Assembly (NCBI GenBank): GCA_031425655.1
Contig: JANPJS010000023.1
Location: 1 to 29,788 of the forward strand
Direction: 5' to 3'
Length of the DNA: 29,788 nt
Origin: Abditibacteriaceae bacterium
GTDB taxonomy: Bacteria > Armatimonadota > Abditibacteriia > Abditibacteriales > Abditibacteriaceae
Part shown: piece after piece, positions 8,226 through 17,385 of the stretch
Numbering within the stretch: position 1 is the stretch's first letter
Layout: every line of letters starts with the position of its first letter
Notes under the pieces: generated by a model
The model's input: the letters and a program-made list of their open reading frames with translations, nothing else
What the model was told of the DNA's origin: nothing
Databases searched by the model: none
Translations under genes and position numbers: made by a program

Positions 8226-8605
8226 TTCACCGCAGAGAACGCGGAGGGCGCTGAGGAGACATGGAGTCAGGAGACACGGAGTCAGGAGACACGCAGTCAG
8301 GAGACATGGAGTCAGGAGACACGGAGACACGGAGACATAATATAACCCAAGTTGCTACCTATGCGGCAATTTGGAGTGCGCAAACTTGTTCGCGCCGTTT
8401 CGAGCCGACTTGTCGGCGTAAAACCTCCAAAACAGACGGGTTATGCCCACAAGTCGGCTCTTAAAAGCGGCGACAAGTCGCCGCACTCCATAGGTAGCAA
8501 CTTGGGTTAATATAGGAAGCTGTTTGTTGTTCTCCCCATCTCCCCATCTCCCCATCTCCCCATCTCCGTGTCTCCTCAGCGTCCTCCCCGTTCTCTGCGG
8601 TGAAT
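8225..8605. repeat. Large composite palindrome between convergent hemB and rhomboid genes
   Basis: Outer arms 8225-8261 and 8569-8605 are 35/37 complementary (ATTCACCGCAGAGAACG...). Inside are a 15-mer GGAGACAYGSAGTCA x4 plus GGAGACAY x3 (8255-8338) and CTCCCCAT x4 (8532-8563). Confidence 0.9.
8345..8507. mobile_element. 163-bp MITE with IS982-like TIRs and a 7-bp target duplication, carrying a GGAGTGCG/CGCACTCC REP doublet
   Basis: Perfect 19-bp TIR ACCCAAGTTGCTACCTATG (8345-8363) / CATAGGTAGCAACTTGGGT (8489-8507), flanked by TAATATA at 8338-8344 and 8508-8514. ACCC ends with ~7-bp AT-rich direct repeats are characteristic of the IS982 family. Confidence 0.75.
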
Positions 8606-9498
8606 CATTTTTCGGGCCACAATTGCTGCATTTCCTTCGCGGTTTGCGGGTTGGAGCGGCGAATCTCGCTTAAAGCTTCGTCAAAGGCCTTGCGGTCGCG
8701 CTGCTCGATGGCGATTAAGGCCAAATTCCGCCACGCCCAGCTTTTATCCGAGCCGAGCGCCATCGTTTGCAAATACCAATGGCGCGATGCCGCCAAATCG
8801 CCTTTTTGCTGCAATCGCACGGCTTGCTGCGCCGTCCACTCGGACGATAGTGGGCAATAAAACAGCGGCACGAACGACGCGGCCAACAGCAAAGCCACGG
8901 CAGGAATGAGCAGGGCAGGGCTGTGCCTTTTGGCATAGATTGCGCCGATGCCGACGCCGAAAATCAAGCCTCCAAAGTGCGCCGCGTTGCCGATATTCAT
9001 CCAGCCCAATTTGGTGAGGATAATGGCCAGCACGAACCACACCAGAAAGGTGTTGACCGTGCCGTCATGCACGATGGGCCGCGTATTGGGCAGCTTGTCG
9101 CGTCCCATCCAGGCAAAGCCGAAGAGCGCGTAAACCACTCCCGACAAGCCGATGCCGGTGTCGCCGGTGGACAATTGCATGGATGAACTGACCCACGCCG
9201 CCACGAAGACGAAAAGCGCCCACGGCAACGCGCCGATGTCGCGCTCCAAAGGCCCGCCGAGCAGCCACAGCCAGTAAAGATTAAAGAATATGTGCCAAAT
9301 CTCGAAATGCACGAACGCCGAAGTGATGAGCGCCCACGGCTTGCCTTCCCAGATCGCGGATTCGGGAAAGACGCCGAATTTCGCCAGATCAACGTAAAGG
9401 CGACTGTCGCCAAGCGTATTGACGCCTAAGAAAATCATCACGCACGCCGCAAGCACACAAACGGTCATCGGCGGCGGTTTTTGTTGGTTTAAAGGCAT
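8605..9498 (-). CDS. Rhomboid-family intramembrane serine protease with C-terminal TPR-like helices
   Basis: HFEIWHIFFN, catalytic GLSG, NAAHFGG, multiple TM segments, and a TPR-like tail (AWRNLALIAIEQ). Confidence 0.92.
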   Translation of the reverse strand: MPLNQQKPPPMTVCVLAACVMIFLGVNTLGDSRLYVDLAKFGVFPESAIWEGKPWALITSAFVHFEIWHIFFNLYWLWLLGGPLERDIGALPWALFVFVAAWVSSSMQLSTGDTGIGLSGVVYALFGFAWMGRDKLPNTRPIVHDGTVNTFLVWFVLAIILTKLGWMNIGNAAHFGGLIFGVGIGAIYAKRHSPALLIPAVALLLAASFVPLFYCPLSSEWTAQQAVRLQQKGDLAASRHWYLQTMALGSDKSWAWRNLALIAIEQRDRKAFDEALSEIRRSNPQTAKEMQQLWPEK

Positions 9499-9511
9499 GG
9501 AAAAGTTGAAA

Positions 9512-10720
9512 TTAAGACAGCAAAGTGTTCAGCACGTCGTCCAATTCCACGACGCGGGCGGCAGAGGTGAAACTCGCATCGGGCGGCCCGAAATCCACCT
9601 TAAGAAAAGCCTCCAACATGGTTTCGATGTCACGAACCGCGACCCAGCCATCACAGCGCTCGATGTATTCTTCGCTTTCAGTTTCGATGATTCCGGCGGC
9701 GACATAAGCTAAATTGGTCAAATGCACGAACGGCTTGGCATCCGCTAAAGTCGTCAGAGGACGCGCTGCATCGCCGCGCAGATAAGCGAAATACGCCGCG
9801 AAATTGCGCTCCAATAAATCGTCGCTGTCCGCCGGGCCACTTTCCACAGCGCCCGATTTCCACTCGATGCGCCACTCGTTCCTGAGATAAGTCAGCGTGG
9901 CGTCCTCGCATTCGACGACTTCGCGCTGATGTTGCGGCGGTTTGCCGGCGTGCGTGGCAGCGATGCGAAACTCGACGCCGTTCTCGAAAGTGCCGCGCGC
10001 GAACAGAGTGTCGTAGTTTTCAATGGCGTGTGCGCGCGAAAGCTCGGCTTTGATGGTGGAAACCATCGCCCAGTCGAAAAGTTCGCGCGTTCCGGCCCAG
10101 AACAGCAAGTTGTGAACGAAGTGCGCCATCGCGTTGCCGATGCACGAATCGAGAACCGGGCGCCCGTCCATGCAGATGCGTCCGGCCCACGGCGCCCGCT
10201 GAAAATACTCGACATCGCGCGGCCAATGGCCCAGAAAACTCACGCGTTTCAGCGCGCCGAATTCGCCGCTGAGCAAGCGCTGTTTCAAGGTTTGCCGCGC
10301 GCTTTCCACGATAAAATTAAAGCCGACATTGGTGGCTAATTTCGCCGCTTTTTCGACTGCGAGCATTTCCTCCAACTCGCGCCAGTGCAGCGTCGGCGGT
10401 TTTTCCAGATAGCAGGCCAAACCGCGCTCAACGCAGGCGCGGTGCATCGCGGCGTGCAGCGGAACCGGTGTCGGAATCGTGACGGCGTCAATGTCATCGC
10501 GCACGGCGTCGAGCATCTGCAAATAATCGTCGAAAACGCGCACGCCGCGCTGTTGAAAGTTCCAGTTGCACGCATCTTGCGCGAAATTATCGGGAAACGG
10601 GTCGCAAGTCGCCACGACGCGGCAAAGTCCGGCTTTTTCCAGCGTCAGCAAGGCGCCGTGATGGCTGGCCGCAAAGCCGCCCATACCGATAACCGCAATG
10701 TTAAGAACAGATTGACTCAT
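9512..10720 (-). CDS. Cytoplasmic Gfo/Idh/MocA-family oxidoreductase
   Basis: IAVIGMGG Rossmann motif, IPTPVPLH, YLEKPP. No signal peptide. Confidence 0.9.
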   Translation of the reverse strand: MSQSVLNIAVIGMGGFAASHHGALLTLEKAGLCRVVATCDPFPDNFAQDACNWNFQQRGVRVFDDYLQMLDAVRDDIDAVTIPTPVPLHAAMHRACVERGLACYLEKPPTLHWRELEEMLAVEKAAKLATNVGFNFIVESARQTLKQRLLSGEFGALKRVSFLGHWPRDVEYFQRAPWAGRICMDGRPVLDSCIGNAMAHFVHNLLFWAGTRELFDWAMVSTIKAELSRAHAIENYDTLFARGTFENGVEFRIAATHAGKPPQHQREVVECEDATLTYLRNEWRIEWKSGAVESGPADSDDLLERNFAAYFAYLRGDAARPLTTLADAKPFVHLTNLAYVAAGIIETESEEYIERCDGWVAVRDIETMLEAFLKVDFGPPDASFTSAARVVELDDVLNTLLS

Positions 10721-10881
10721 AATCAAGATACGCTTAGTTGCGCCGCGTTATCGGCGCAACGCCACGCGGCCTTTTATGTCGAAAAATGCCGCGATTAAAG
10801 CACTTAATCCAATAGAACAGAAAACGGCGCGGCCCGCAAATCGGCGACCGAATTGTTAAAACCACTCTGAGGAGTTTATTG

Positions 10882-12807
10882 ATGAAAACCAAAAATGTTG
10901 TGTTCGGCGGCGCCTTGCTGGCCGCTTTGCTGGGCCTCGCGCCGCGCGCCTGCGTGGCGCAGTTGAAGCCGGATATGCTGCAAAAGATTCATGACGCCAT
11001 GCCGACCAAGCCGCAAGTTGCGCCCGCGCAGGCGCGCAAAGTCCTGATCTACACGCGCGCCAACGGCTTTGTGCATTCTTCGATTCCTTACGGCGCCGAA
11101 GCGCTGCGAATCTTAGGCGAAAAGACCGGCGCTTACACCGCAACGATTAGCGACGATCCGGTTTCGTTCGAGCCGGACACTTTGAAGCAATACGACGTGG
11201 TTGTTTTTGAATCCACGACCGGCGACGCGCTTTTGCCCAAAGATTTTGGCAAATTGGACGAAGCCGCGAAAAAGACCGCCAAAGACAACGAAGCGCGCTA
11301 CAAAACGGGATTGCTCGATTTTGTTAATGGCGGCAAGGGCTTTGTCGGCATCCATGCCGCCACCGATTGCTATTACAGTTGGCCTGAATACGGCAAGCTG
11401 AGCGGCGGCTATTTTAGCGGCCATCCGTGGCACGAGAAAGTCGGCATCAGCAACCAAGACCCAACGAATCCAGTCAACGCCGCGTTTGAAGGCAAAGATT
11501 TCGAGATTACCGACGAAATCTACCAATTTAAGGATTACTCGCGCGGAAATCAGCGCGTTCTGACCGGTCTTGATTTAGCCAAGACCAACATGACTAAAGG
11601 TGGCATCAATCGCACAGACGGCGATTTCGCAGTCAGTTGGATCAAAAACTTTGGCCAGGGGCGTATGTTTTATTGCTCGCTGGGCCACCGCGAGGAAATC
11701 TACTGGAACCCGATGATTCTGAAGTATTATTTAGCGGGAATCCAGTTCGCGGCAGGCGATCTCAAAGCCGACACAGCGGCGCTGCCGTTGCCCGAAGCCA
11801 CCAAAGCGCAGCTTCGCGCCCTGCTCGAAACGCCGCGAGCGCCGGAAGATGTTAAAGATACGGTGCAGGGGCTTTACGCGGGCACTTATTTGCCGTCCAA
11901 ACAAGCCGGAGTCGCGCCCAAACCGGTCACGGTCAATGTGGTGGCGTGGGGCGGCGGCGAATATCGCGCCGTCGTGGATTTGCCGGACGGCGATAAAACC
12001 AAGCGCGTCGAAGTGCCGCTCAAAAAGGACGCGGGCGGCAAATTTACGGTGTCGGGCAACGCCGGCGATGCCGACTGGACGGGCGCTTTGGATAACGGCA
12101 AGCTCACGCTTTCGGGCGGCGGCGAATTCGACTTGGCGCGCTCCAATACCCAATCGCCGACATTGGGCCTAAAAGCGCCGGCCAACGCGGTCGTTCTGAT
12201 GCCTTTTGAAGACGGCAAGCCGACTAACATGAGCGAATGGCAAAACTCCAGGTGGCAGCTTATGACCGACGGCTCCGTAATGGTGAATGGCACCGGCGAT
12301 CAGCGCACCAAGCGCGAATTCGGCGATATGCGCTTGCACGTCGAATTCAAGCCGCCTCTTAAAGGCGAAGCGCGCGGTCAGGGACGCGGCAACAGCGGCG
12401 TTTATTTGCAAGACCGCTACGAAGTGCAGGTTCTCGATTCGTTCGGCTGGCCGCCGCGCGATAACGAATCGGGCGGCATTTATCAAATCGCGGTGCCCAA
12501 ACTCAACGCCGCGCTGCCTCCGACCGAATGGCAGACCTACGACATGGCGTTTCGCGCCCCGCGCCTCAACGCCGATGGAACGGTCAAAGCGCCCGCCCAG
12601 GTCACGGTTTACCTCAACGGCCAGCTTATTCACGACAACGTGGTCATTCCCCGCAGCACGGGCGGCGCGATTTCCAACACGCAGGTCGCCAAAGCGCCGC
12701 TGCGCTTGCAGGATCACCAGAATCCGGTGCGATTCCGCAATTTCTGGGTTGTTGAAGAGAATTTCGCCGATGACCAGCCGCTTCCCAGTCCTTTGAAAGC
12801 CAACTAA
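10882..12807 (+). CDS. Secreted ThuA-domain + DUF1080 (3-keto-disaccharide hydrolase) fusion protein
   Basis: RBS GAGGAG and signal peptide. ThuA motifs GFVHSSIP, GFVGIHAA, DEIYQF, FYCSLGH. DUF1080 motifs GRGNSGVYL..YEVQVLDS, WQTYD, LRLQDH..VRFRNFWV. Confidence 0.92.
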   Translation: MKTKNVVFGGALLAALLGLAPRACVAQLKPDMLQKIHDAMPTKPQVAPAQARKVLIYTRANGFVHSSIPYGAEALRILGEKTGAYTATISDDPVSFEPDTLKQYDVVVFESTTGDALLPKDFGKLDEAAKKTAKDNEARYKTGLLDFVNGGKGFVGIHAATDCYYSWPEYGKLSGGYFSGHPWHEKVGISNQDPTNPVNAAFEGKDFEITDEIYQFKDYSRGNQRVLTGLDLAKTNMTKGGINRTDGDFAVSWIKNFGQGRMFYCSLGHREEIYWNPMILKYYLAGIQFAAGDLKADTAALPLPEATKAQLRALLETPRAPEDVKDTVQGLYAGTYLPSKQAGVAPKPVTVNVVAWGGGEYRAVVDLPDGDKTKRVEVPLKKDAGGKFTVSGNAGDADWTGALDNGKLTLSGGGEFDLARSNTQSPTLGLKAPANAVVLMPFEDGKPTNMSEWQNSRWQLMTDGSVMVNGTGDQRTKREFGDMRLHVEFKPPLKGEARGQGRGNSGVYLQDRYEVQVLDSFGWPPRDNESGGIYQIAVPKLNAALPPTEWQTYDMAFRAPRLNADGTVKAPAQVTVYLNGQLIHDNVVIPRSTGGAISNTQVAKAPLRLQDHQNPVRFRNFWVVEENFADDQPLPSPLKAN

Positions 12808-12811
12808 TTCC

Positions 12812-13531
12812 ATGCAAAACAAACTCAGCAAAATCTGCGGCGCTCTGATTCTGATTTCCGGCGCCGCCCTTCCGCTTCACGTAGCGACCGCGCAGACACA
12901 ACAGCCGGTTAGCCCGGCCACTTCGACCGTCGTGGATAAAGACGGCTATGCCGTGTTGTTCAACGGCAAGGACACCACCGGCTGGGCCTACAAAGGCAAT
13001 GGCCCCAAAATCGAGAACGGCGAAATCTTCCTGACCAAAGGCAGCGGCGATTTGTGGACGACCGAGCAATTCGGCGATTACGTGCTGGATTTGGAATTCA
13101 AGACCGCTAAAGGCTCGAACAGCGGCGTTTTTATCCGTAATCCGAAACCGGGCGATTGGTATGGAGGCATCGAAGTTCAGGTGCTCGATTCGTTCGGCAA
13201 CACGACGCCCGGCAAGCACGACGCCGGCGCGATTTACGACGTTGTGGCGCCATCGAAGAACACCGTCAAAGCGCCCGGCGAGTGGAATCGTATGGTCATC
13301 ACGGCCAAAGGCCCAAAGCTGCAAGTCGCGCTCAACGGCGAGACGGTCATTGACATGAATCTTGATTTGTGGACGGAAGCCGGTAAAAACCCCGACGGCT
13401 CAACCAATAAATTCAAGACAGCCTACAAAGATATGCCGCGCCGGGGCCACATCGAGCTGCAAGACCACGGGCAGGACATCTGGTTTCGCAACATCCGCTT
13501 GAAAGAACTGAAAGATGAACCGGCAAAATAA
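12812..13531 (+). CDS. Secreted DUF1080 (3-keto-disaccharide hydrolase family) protein
   Basis: Signal peptide; LFNGKD..GW, NSGVFIR, EVQVLD, GEWN, GHIELQDHG..IWFRNIRL. Confidence 0.95.
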   Translation: MQNKLSKICGALILISGAALPLHVATAQTQQPVSPATSTVVDKDGYAVLFNGKDTTGWAYKGNGPKIENGEIFLTKGSGDLWTTEQFGDYVLDLEFKTAKGSNSGVFIRNPKPGDWYGGIEVQVLDSFGNTTPGKHDAGAIYDVVAPSKNTVKAPGEWNRMVITAKGPKLQVALNGETVIDMNLDLWTEAGKNPDGSTNKFKTAYKDMPRRGHIELQDHGQDIWFRNIRLKELKDEPAK

Positions 13532-13638
13532 GGCGTTTTGTTGCATATGAAACACCTTCTTTTGCCGCGAAAATCTGTCAAACTAAACTCACTCAAACCT
13601 TGCCTTACTTCGGCTACAAAGCCGGTTCAGGAGAAATA

Positions 13639-15078
13639 ATGGAAAAGCACGAAATGGAACAAGCTCCGGCTCTGCCGGAGACGAGCGACGAAGGCGTGAG
13701 CCGTCGCGGTTTTCTCAAGACGATTTCGGTGGCGGGCGCTGGCCTTGCCGCCGCGCAAGTGGCCAATGCGGCTCCGGCTAAGCCCGCCGCCAAACCCGCA
13801 CCCAAACCCGCACCCAAACCCGCTGCGGCCAAACCGGCGCCTGCCAAGCCGAAATTAGCGGACATTCGCGTGGCCATGATCGGGCCGGGCAATCAGGGCC
13901 GCAACCTGCTCACGCAATGCCTGCGCATCGAAGGTGTGCGCTTCGTGGCCGTCTGCGACATCTGGGATTACAGCAGTCTTTACGCAAAGAACATCCTCGG
14001 AAAGTTCGATCAGCCGGTCAAGGTTTACGAAGATTACCGCGAAATGCTGGCGAAGGAAAAAGACCTCGACGCCGTCATCATCGCTACGCCGGACTGGACG
14101 CACGTGCCGATGTCCATTGCCTGTCTTGAAGCGGGCTTGCACGTTTATTGCGAAAAAGAAGTGTCGAACAGCATCGAAGAAGCCGCCGATTTGGTGAAAG
14201 CCTGGCGCAAATCGGGCAAGATCGTGCAAGTCGGCCATCAGCGCCGCTCTAATCCGCGCTACTGGCAAGTAGACAGCCTTATTCACAAAGACAAGACGCC
14301 CGGCAAAATCACGCACTGCTTCGGGCAGTGGAACCGCTCGCGCAAGCTCGATCTGGGTTGGCCCAAAGATGCCGTGATGTCGGACGCCAAGCTCAAAGAA
14401 CACGGCTACGACACGATGCAGCGCCTTCGCAACTGGCGCTGGTATAAAAAGTTTTCGGGCGGCCCCATCGCCGACTTGGGTTCGCACCAGATTGACATCT
14501 TCAACTGGATTCTGCGTGCGACGCCGGTTTCGGTTCAGGCCACCGGCGGCGCCGACAATTACCCCGGCACCGAATGGTATGACAACATGATGACCATGCT
14601 CGATTACAAAACCGAGTGGGGCATGGTGCGCGCATTTTATCAAGTGCTCAATACCACCAGTTACGGCGGATATTACGAGGTTTTCATGGGCGAAAACGCC
14701 GCTGTGGAAATCTCGGAGAACGTCAACAAAGGCGCGATTTATCCTGAACCCGTGGCCAAGCAAAAAGCTTGGGTCAATGAAGCCGTGAATGCTGGAAAAC
14801 AGGGCCAAATTGACATTCTGATCAACTTGAATTCTTCATTGGGAGCATCCAGCAAAACTGGCGCATCCAAGAAGATTGTAGATCAAGCTCTGGCCGACAA
14901 GCCGCCGCACTTGCTGCATCTGGAAAACTTCTTCGGCGCAATCCGCGATCCGCAAAAAGTCAAAGTCACCTGCCCGCCGGACGACGCTTATCGCACCTGC
15001 GTCACTGTGCTGAAAGCCAACGAAGCCTTAGCCAAGGGCAGCAAGATCATTTACGACCCGAAAGACTTTGAGGTCTAA
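13639..15078 (+). CDS. Tat-exported Gfo/Idh/MocA oxidoreductase
   Basis: ATG 13639 with AGGAG; SRRGFLK Tat motif; PAKP linker; IGPGNQG, IIATPDWTH, VYCEKE (atypical for EKP), WRWY..SGG..DLGSHQID. Confidence 0.92.
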   Translation: MEKHEMEQAPALPETSDEGVSRRGFLKTISVAGAGLAAAQVANAAPAKPAAKPAPKPAPKPAAAKPAPAKPKLADIRVAMIGPGNQGRNLLTQCLRIEGVRFVAVCDIWDYSSLYAKNILGKFDQPVKVYEDYREMLAKEKDLDAVIIATPDWTHVPMSIACLEAGLHVYCEKEVSNSIEEAADLVKAWRKSGKIVQVGHQRRSNPRYWQVDSLIHKDKTPGKITHCFGQWNRSRKLDLGWPKDAVMSDAKLKEHGYDTMQRLRNWRWYKKFSGGPIADLGSHQIDIFNWILRATPVSVQATGGADNYPGTEWYDNMMTMLDYKTEWGMVRAFYQVLNTTSYGGYYEVFMGENAAVEISENVNKGAIYPEPVAKQKAWVNEAVNAGKQGQIDILINLNSSLGASSKTGASKKIVDQALADKPPHLLHLENFFGAIRDPQKVKVTCPPDDAYRTCVTVLKANEALAKGSKIIYDPKDFEV

Positions 15079-15172
15079 AGCGCAGATTTGAACGAGCGGC
15101 GTTTTGCCAACGTCACAGCGAAGATTTCAAGACGGTGTGCTGGGCGCATCGAACATTTTTCAGGAGAAAGCA

Positions 15173-15811
15173 ATGATACAGAAACAAAGCAGTTGGGTGG
15201 CAAAGGGCACTTTGGTGGCTGTTCTCGGATTGGCCGGCGCAGTGCAGCCCGTGCAGGCGGCAGGCGCGACTTACAAAGTTGTGCCCGCGCAAAGCAAATT
15301 TACCGTTTGGTCGAAGACGAGCAGCCCTCTGGCTAACCTGCGGCACACGCGCCAGCAACGCACCTCGGCTTTCACGGGCAACGTGGTGTTTTCGGCGCCG
15401 AACAAGCCGTCCACAGTGTCCATGAGCGTCAAGGCCGATTCGCTGAAAACAGTCGTCGAACACGACTTGAACACCAGCACGGCAGCGCGCGTGGACATGG
15501 TTACTTCGCGCGACATTCTGCAAGCCGCCAAATATCCGTCAATTACCTTCAAAGGCACCGGTTCCAACGTCAAAGTCGGCGCCGGCGGCGCGATTAGCGG
15601 CACTTTGAAGGGCAACCTGTCGCTGCACGGCGTCACGCGCGCGGTTTCGGTGCCTCTCAGCGGCAAGGTGAGCGGCAACACGGTCAATGCCAAAGGCAGT
15701 TTCACCATCAAACAAACCGACTACGGCATCACGCTGATTTCGATCATGGGTGGAATGCTGGCCGCGCAAGACCCGGTCACCATTGACTTCAATCTCGTCG
15801 CCAAGAAATAA
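15173..15811 (+). CDS. YceI-family (lipid/polyisoprenoid-binding) periplasmic protein
   Basis: ATG 15173 with AGGAG; signal peptide; L.A.KYPSITF, GNLSLHGVTR, FTIKQTDYGI. Confidence 0.9.
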   Translation: MIQKQSSWVAKGTLVAVLGLAGAVQPVQAAGATYKVVPAQSKFTVWSKTSSPLANLRHTRQQRTSAFTGNVVFSAPNKPSTVSMSVKADSLKTVVEHDLNTSTAARVDMVTSRDILQAAKYPSITFKGTGSNVKVGAGGAISGTLKGNLSLHGVTRAVSVPLSGKVSGNTVNAKGSFTIKQTDYGITLISIMGGMLAAQDPVTIDFNLVAKK

Positions 15812-15839
15812 GCATGGCCCAGCGACACGAAAGCTAACG

Positions 15840-15873
15840 AAAAGCGGTTCCACAGCGATGTGGAACCGCTTTT
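15840..15873 (+). terminator. Rho-independent (possibly bidirectional) terminator after the YceI gene
   Basis: AAAAGCGGTTCCACA-GCGA-TGTGGAACCGCTTTT. Confidence 0.8.
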
Positions 15874-15911
15874 CGCGCGTGGCGAATCGTAAGCGGGCGT
15901 AACGGCTCTAA

Positions 15912-16068
15912 GAAGTAGTTTGAAAAGTGGGGGCGACTCCCTTCCCCTTTGCCGTATCAAGGGGAAGGGTTGGGGATGGGGTTAAAAAACAGCAGAACCC
16001 CACCCTAACACCTGCCCAGAGGGCACCCGCCTTAAACGGCAAGGGGAGGGGACTTTTCAGAATATCTC
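15912..16068. mobile_element. 157-bp MITE-like element (degenerate IS5/IS1031-like TIRs, TAA duplication) carrying a CCCCT/AGGGG-type REP doublet
   Basis: Left GAAGTAGTTTGAAAAGT matches the reverse complement of the right end, GAGATATTCTGAAAAGT, at 13/17. TAA at 15909-15911 and 16069-16071. Inverted REP units at 15935-15983 and 15996-16054. Confidence 0.6.
16015..16028 (-). other. 14-nt cassette GGGTGCCCTCTGGG inserted in a REP unit (putative empty IS110 target), copy 1
   Basis: 16011-16031 is the exact reverse complement of 23540-23560 (21/21). The cassette is absent from the partner REP unit. Confidence 0.7.
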
Positions 16069-16079
16069 TAAGGAATACC

Positions 16080-17369
16080 ATGAATCCAAAGCAAAACAAC
16101 GAAAGCGGCGTTTCGCGCCGCAGGTTCTTAGCGGGCGCGGCGGCCACCATCGGCACGCCGTATATTCTGACTTCGGCGGCGCTGGGCCAGCCGGGCAGCG
16201 GCAAGGCTCCGGCCAACAGCCGCATCGTGATGGGCCAAATCGGCATCGGCAATCAGGGCAGCGGCTTGCTCGGCAACTTTCACGGCAAGAGTCAGGTGCA
16301 AATGATCGCCGTCTCCGATGTCAAACCGCCGATTTTGGACGCGGCCTACAAGCGCATCGGCTCGCCGCAGGGCGGAGCGTATCTCGATTTCCGCGACATC
16401 ATCGCGCGCCCCGACATTGACGCCCTCGTTATCGCCACTCCCGATCACTGGCACGCCATCATGTGCATCGAAGCCATGAAAAACGGCAAAGATGTGTATT
16501 GCGAAAAACCGCTTTCGTTGACTATCGCCGAGGCACGCGCGATGGTAGACGCGGCGCGTCGCTATGGCCGCGTTTTTCAAACCGGTTCGATGCAGCGTTC
16601 GATGGACACTTTTCGTTTCGCAGTTAATGCGATTCGCAACGGAGTCATCGGAAACATCAAAACAATGACTGTCGGCCTGCCGAACGATGGTCGGACTGCG
16701 TTGGAATATGGTTTGGGCCGAGGCCCGGACACCGCGCCTCCACCCGGTTTCGACTACGATATGTGGCTCGGCCCGGCGCCTCTGAGGCCTTACAATTCTG
16801 AGCGCGTCAGCGGCAACTACGGCGGCGGCTGGCGTTATTACCGTGATTACTCCGGCGGCATGATGACTGACTGGGGCGCGCATCACTTCGACATCGCGCA
16901 GTGGGCGATGGGCATGGACAATAGCGGCCCGACCGAGATTTATCCGGCAGGAACGGAAGGCTATCCCACGTTGACCTATAAATATGCGAACGGCGTCGTC
17001 ATGTCGCTCGGCCCTAAGGGATTTCCCAACGGCTTGAAGGTTGTCGGCGATGCCGGCGAAATATTTGTCAGTCGCAGCGAAGTCACGCCTGATGCGGCCC
17101 GGCGTTTCCGGCCCGGCCCGCTGGAAGTTAATGTCAATCGCGGGCGCGGGCACGACGAAGATTGGATTGAATGCATCAAAACGCGCGAAAAGCCCATCTG
17201 CGACGTGGAAATCGGCGCCCGCAGCGCGACGGTGTGCCATTTGGGCAACATTTGCCAATGGGTGCAACGTCCGATCAAATGGGACCCGGCCAAAGAAGAA
17301 ATCATCGGCGACCCGGAAGCCAGTCGTTGGTTGTCGCGCCCGTATCGCGCGCCGTGGCGTTTGGGCTGA
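16080..17369 (+). CDS. Tat-exported Gfo/Idh/MocA oxidoreductase
   Basis: ATG 16080 with AAGGA; SRRRFL; IGIGNQG, IATPDHWH, DVYCEKPL, WLGPAP, DWGAHHFD. Confidence 0.95.
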   Translation: MNPKQNNESGVSRRRFLAGAAATIGTPYILTSAALGQPGSGKAPANSRIVMGQIGIGNQGSGLLGNFHGKSQVQMIAVSDVKPPILDAAYKRIGSPQGGAYLDFRDIIARPDIDALVIATPDHWHAIMCIEAMKNGKDVYCEKPLSLTIAEARAMVDAARRYGRVFQTGSMQRSMDTFRFAVNAIRNGVIGNIKTMTVGLPNDGRTALEYGLGRGPDTAPPPGFDYDMWLGPAPLRPYNSERVSGNYGGGWRYYRDYSGGMMTDWGAHHFDIAQWAMGMDNSGPTEIYPAGTEGYPTLTYKYANGVVMSLGPKGFPNGLKVVGDAGEIFVSRSEVTPDAARRFRPGPLEVNVNRGRGHDEDWIECIKTREKPICDVEIGARSATVCHLGNICQWVQRPIKWDPAKEEIIGDPEASRWLSRPYRAPWRLG

Positions 17370-17385
17370 TTCGCCGAAATTTTCC

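Noticed and set aside
8255..8338. Tandem repeats as a possible CRISPR array or the MESGDT peptide ORF
   Set aside because: Units are 8-15 bp with no unique spacers and there are no cas genes; the ORF is a translation of the repeat.
15927..16079. N-terminal extensions of ORFs 15927.., 23427.., 24050.. and ..7018
   Set aside because: They run through REP or intergenic DNA; downstream ATGs followed by signal peptides (with a clear RBS except at 6958) are better starts.
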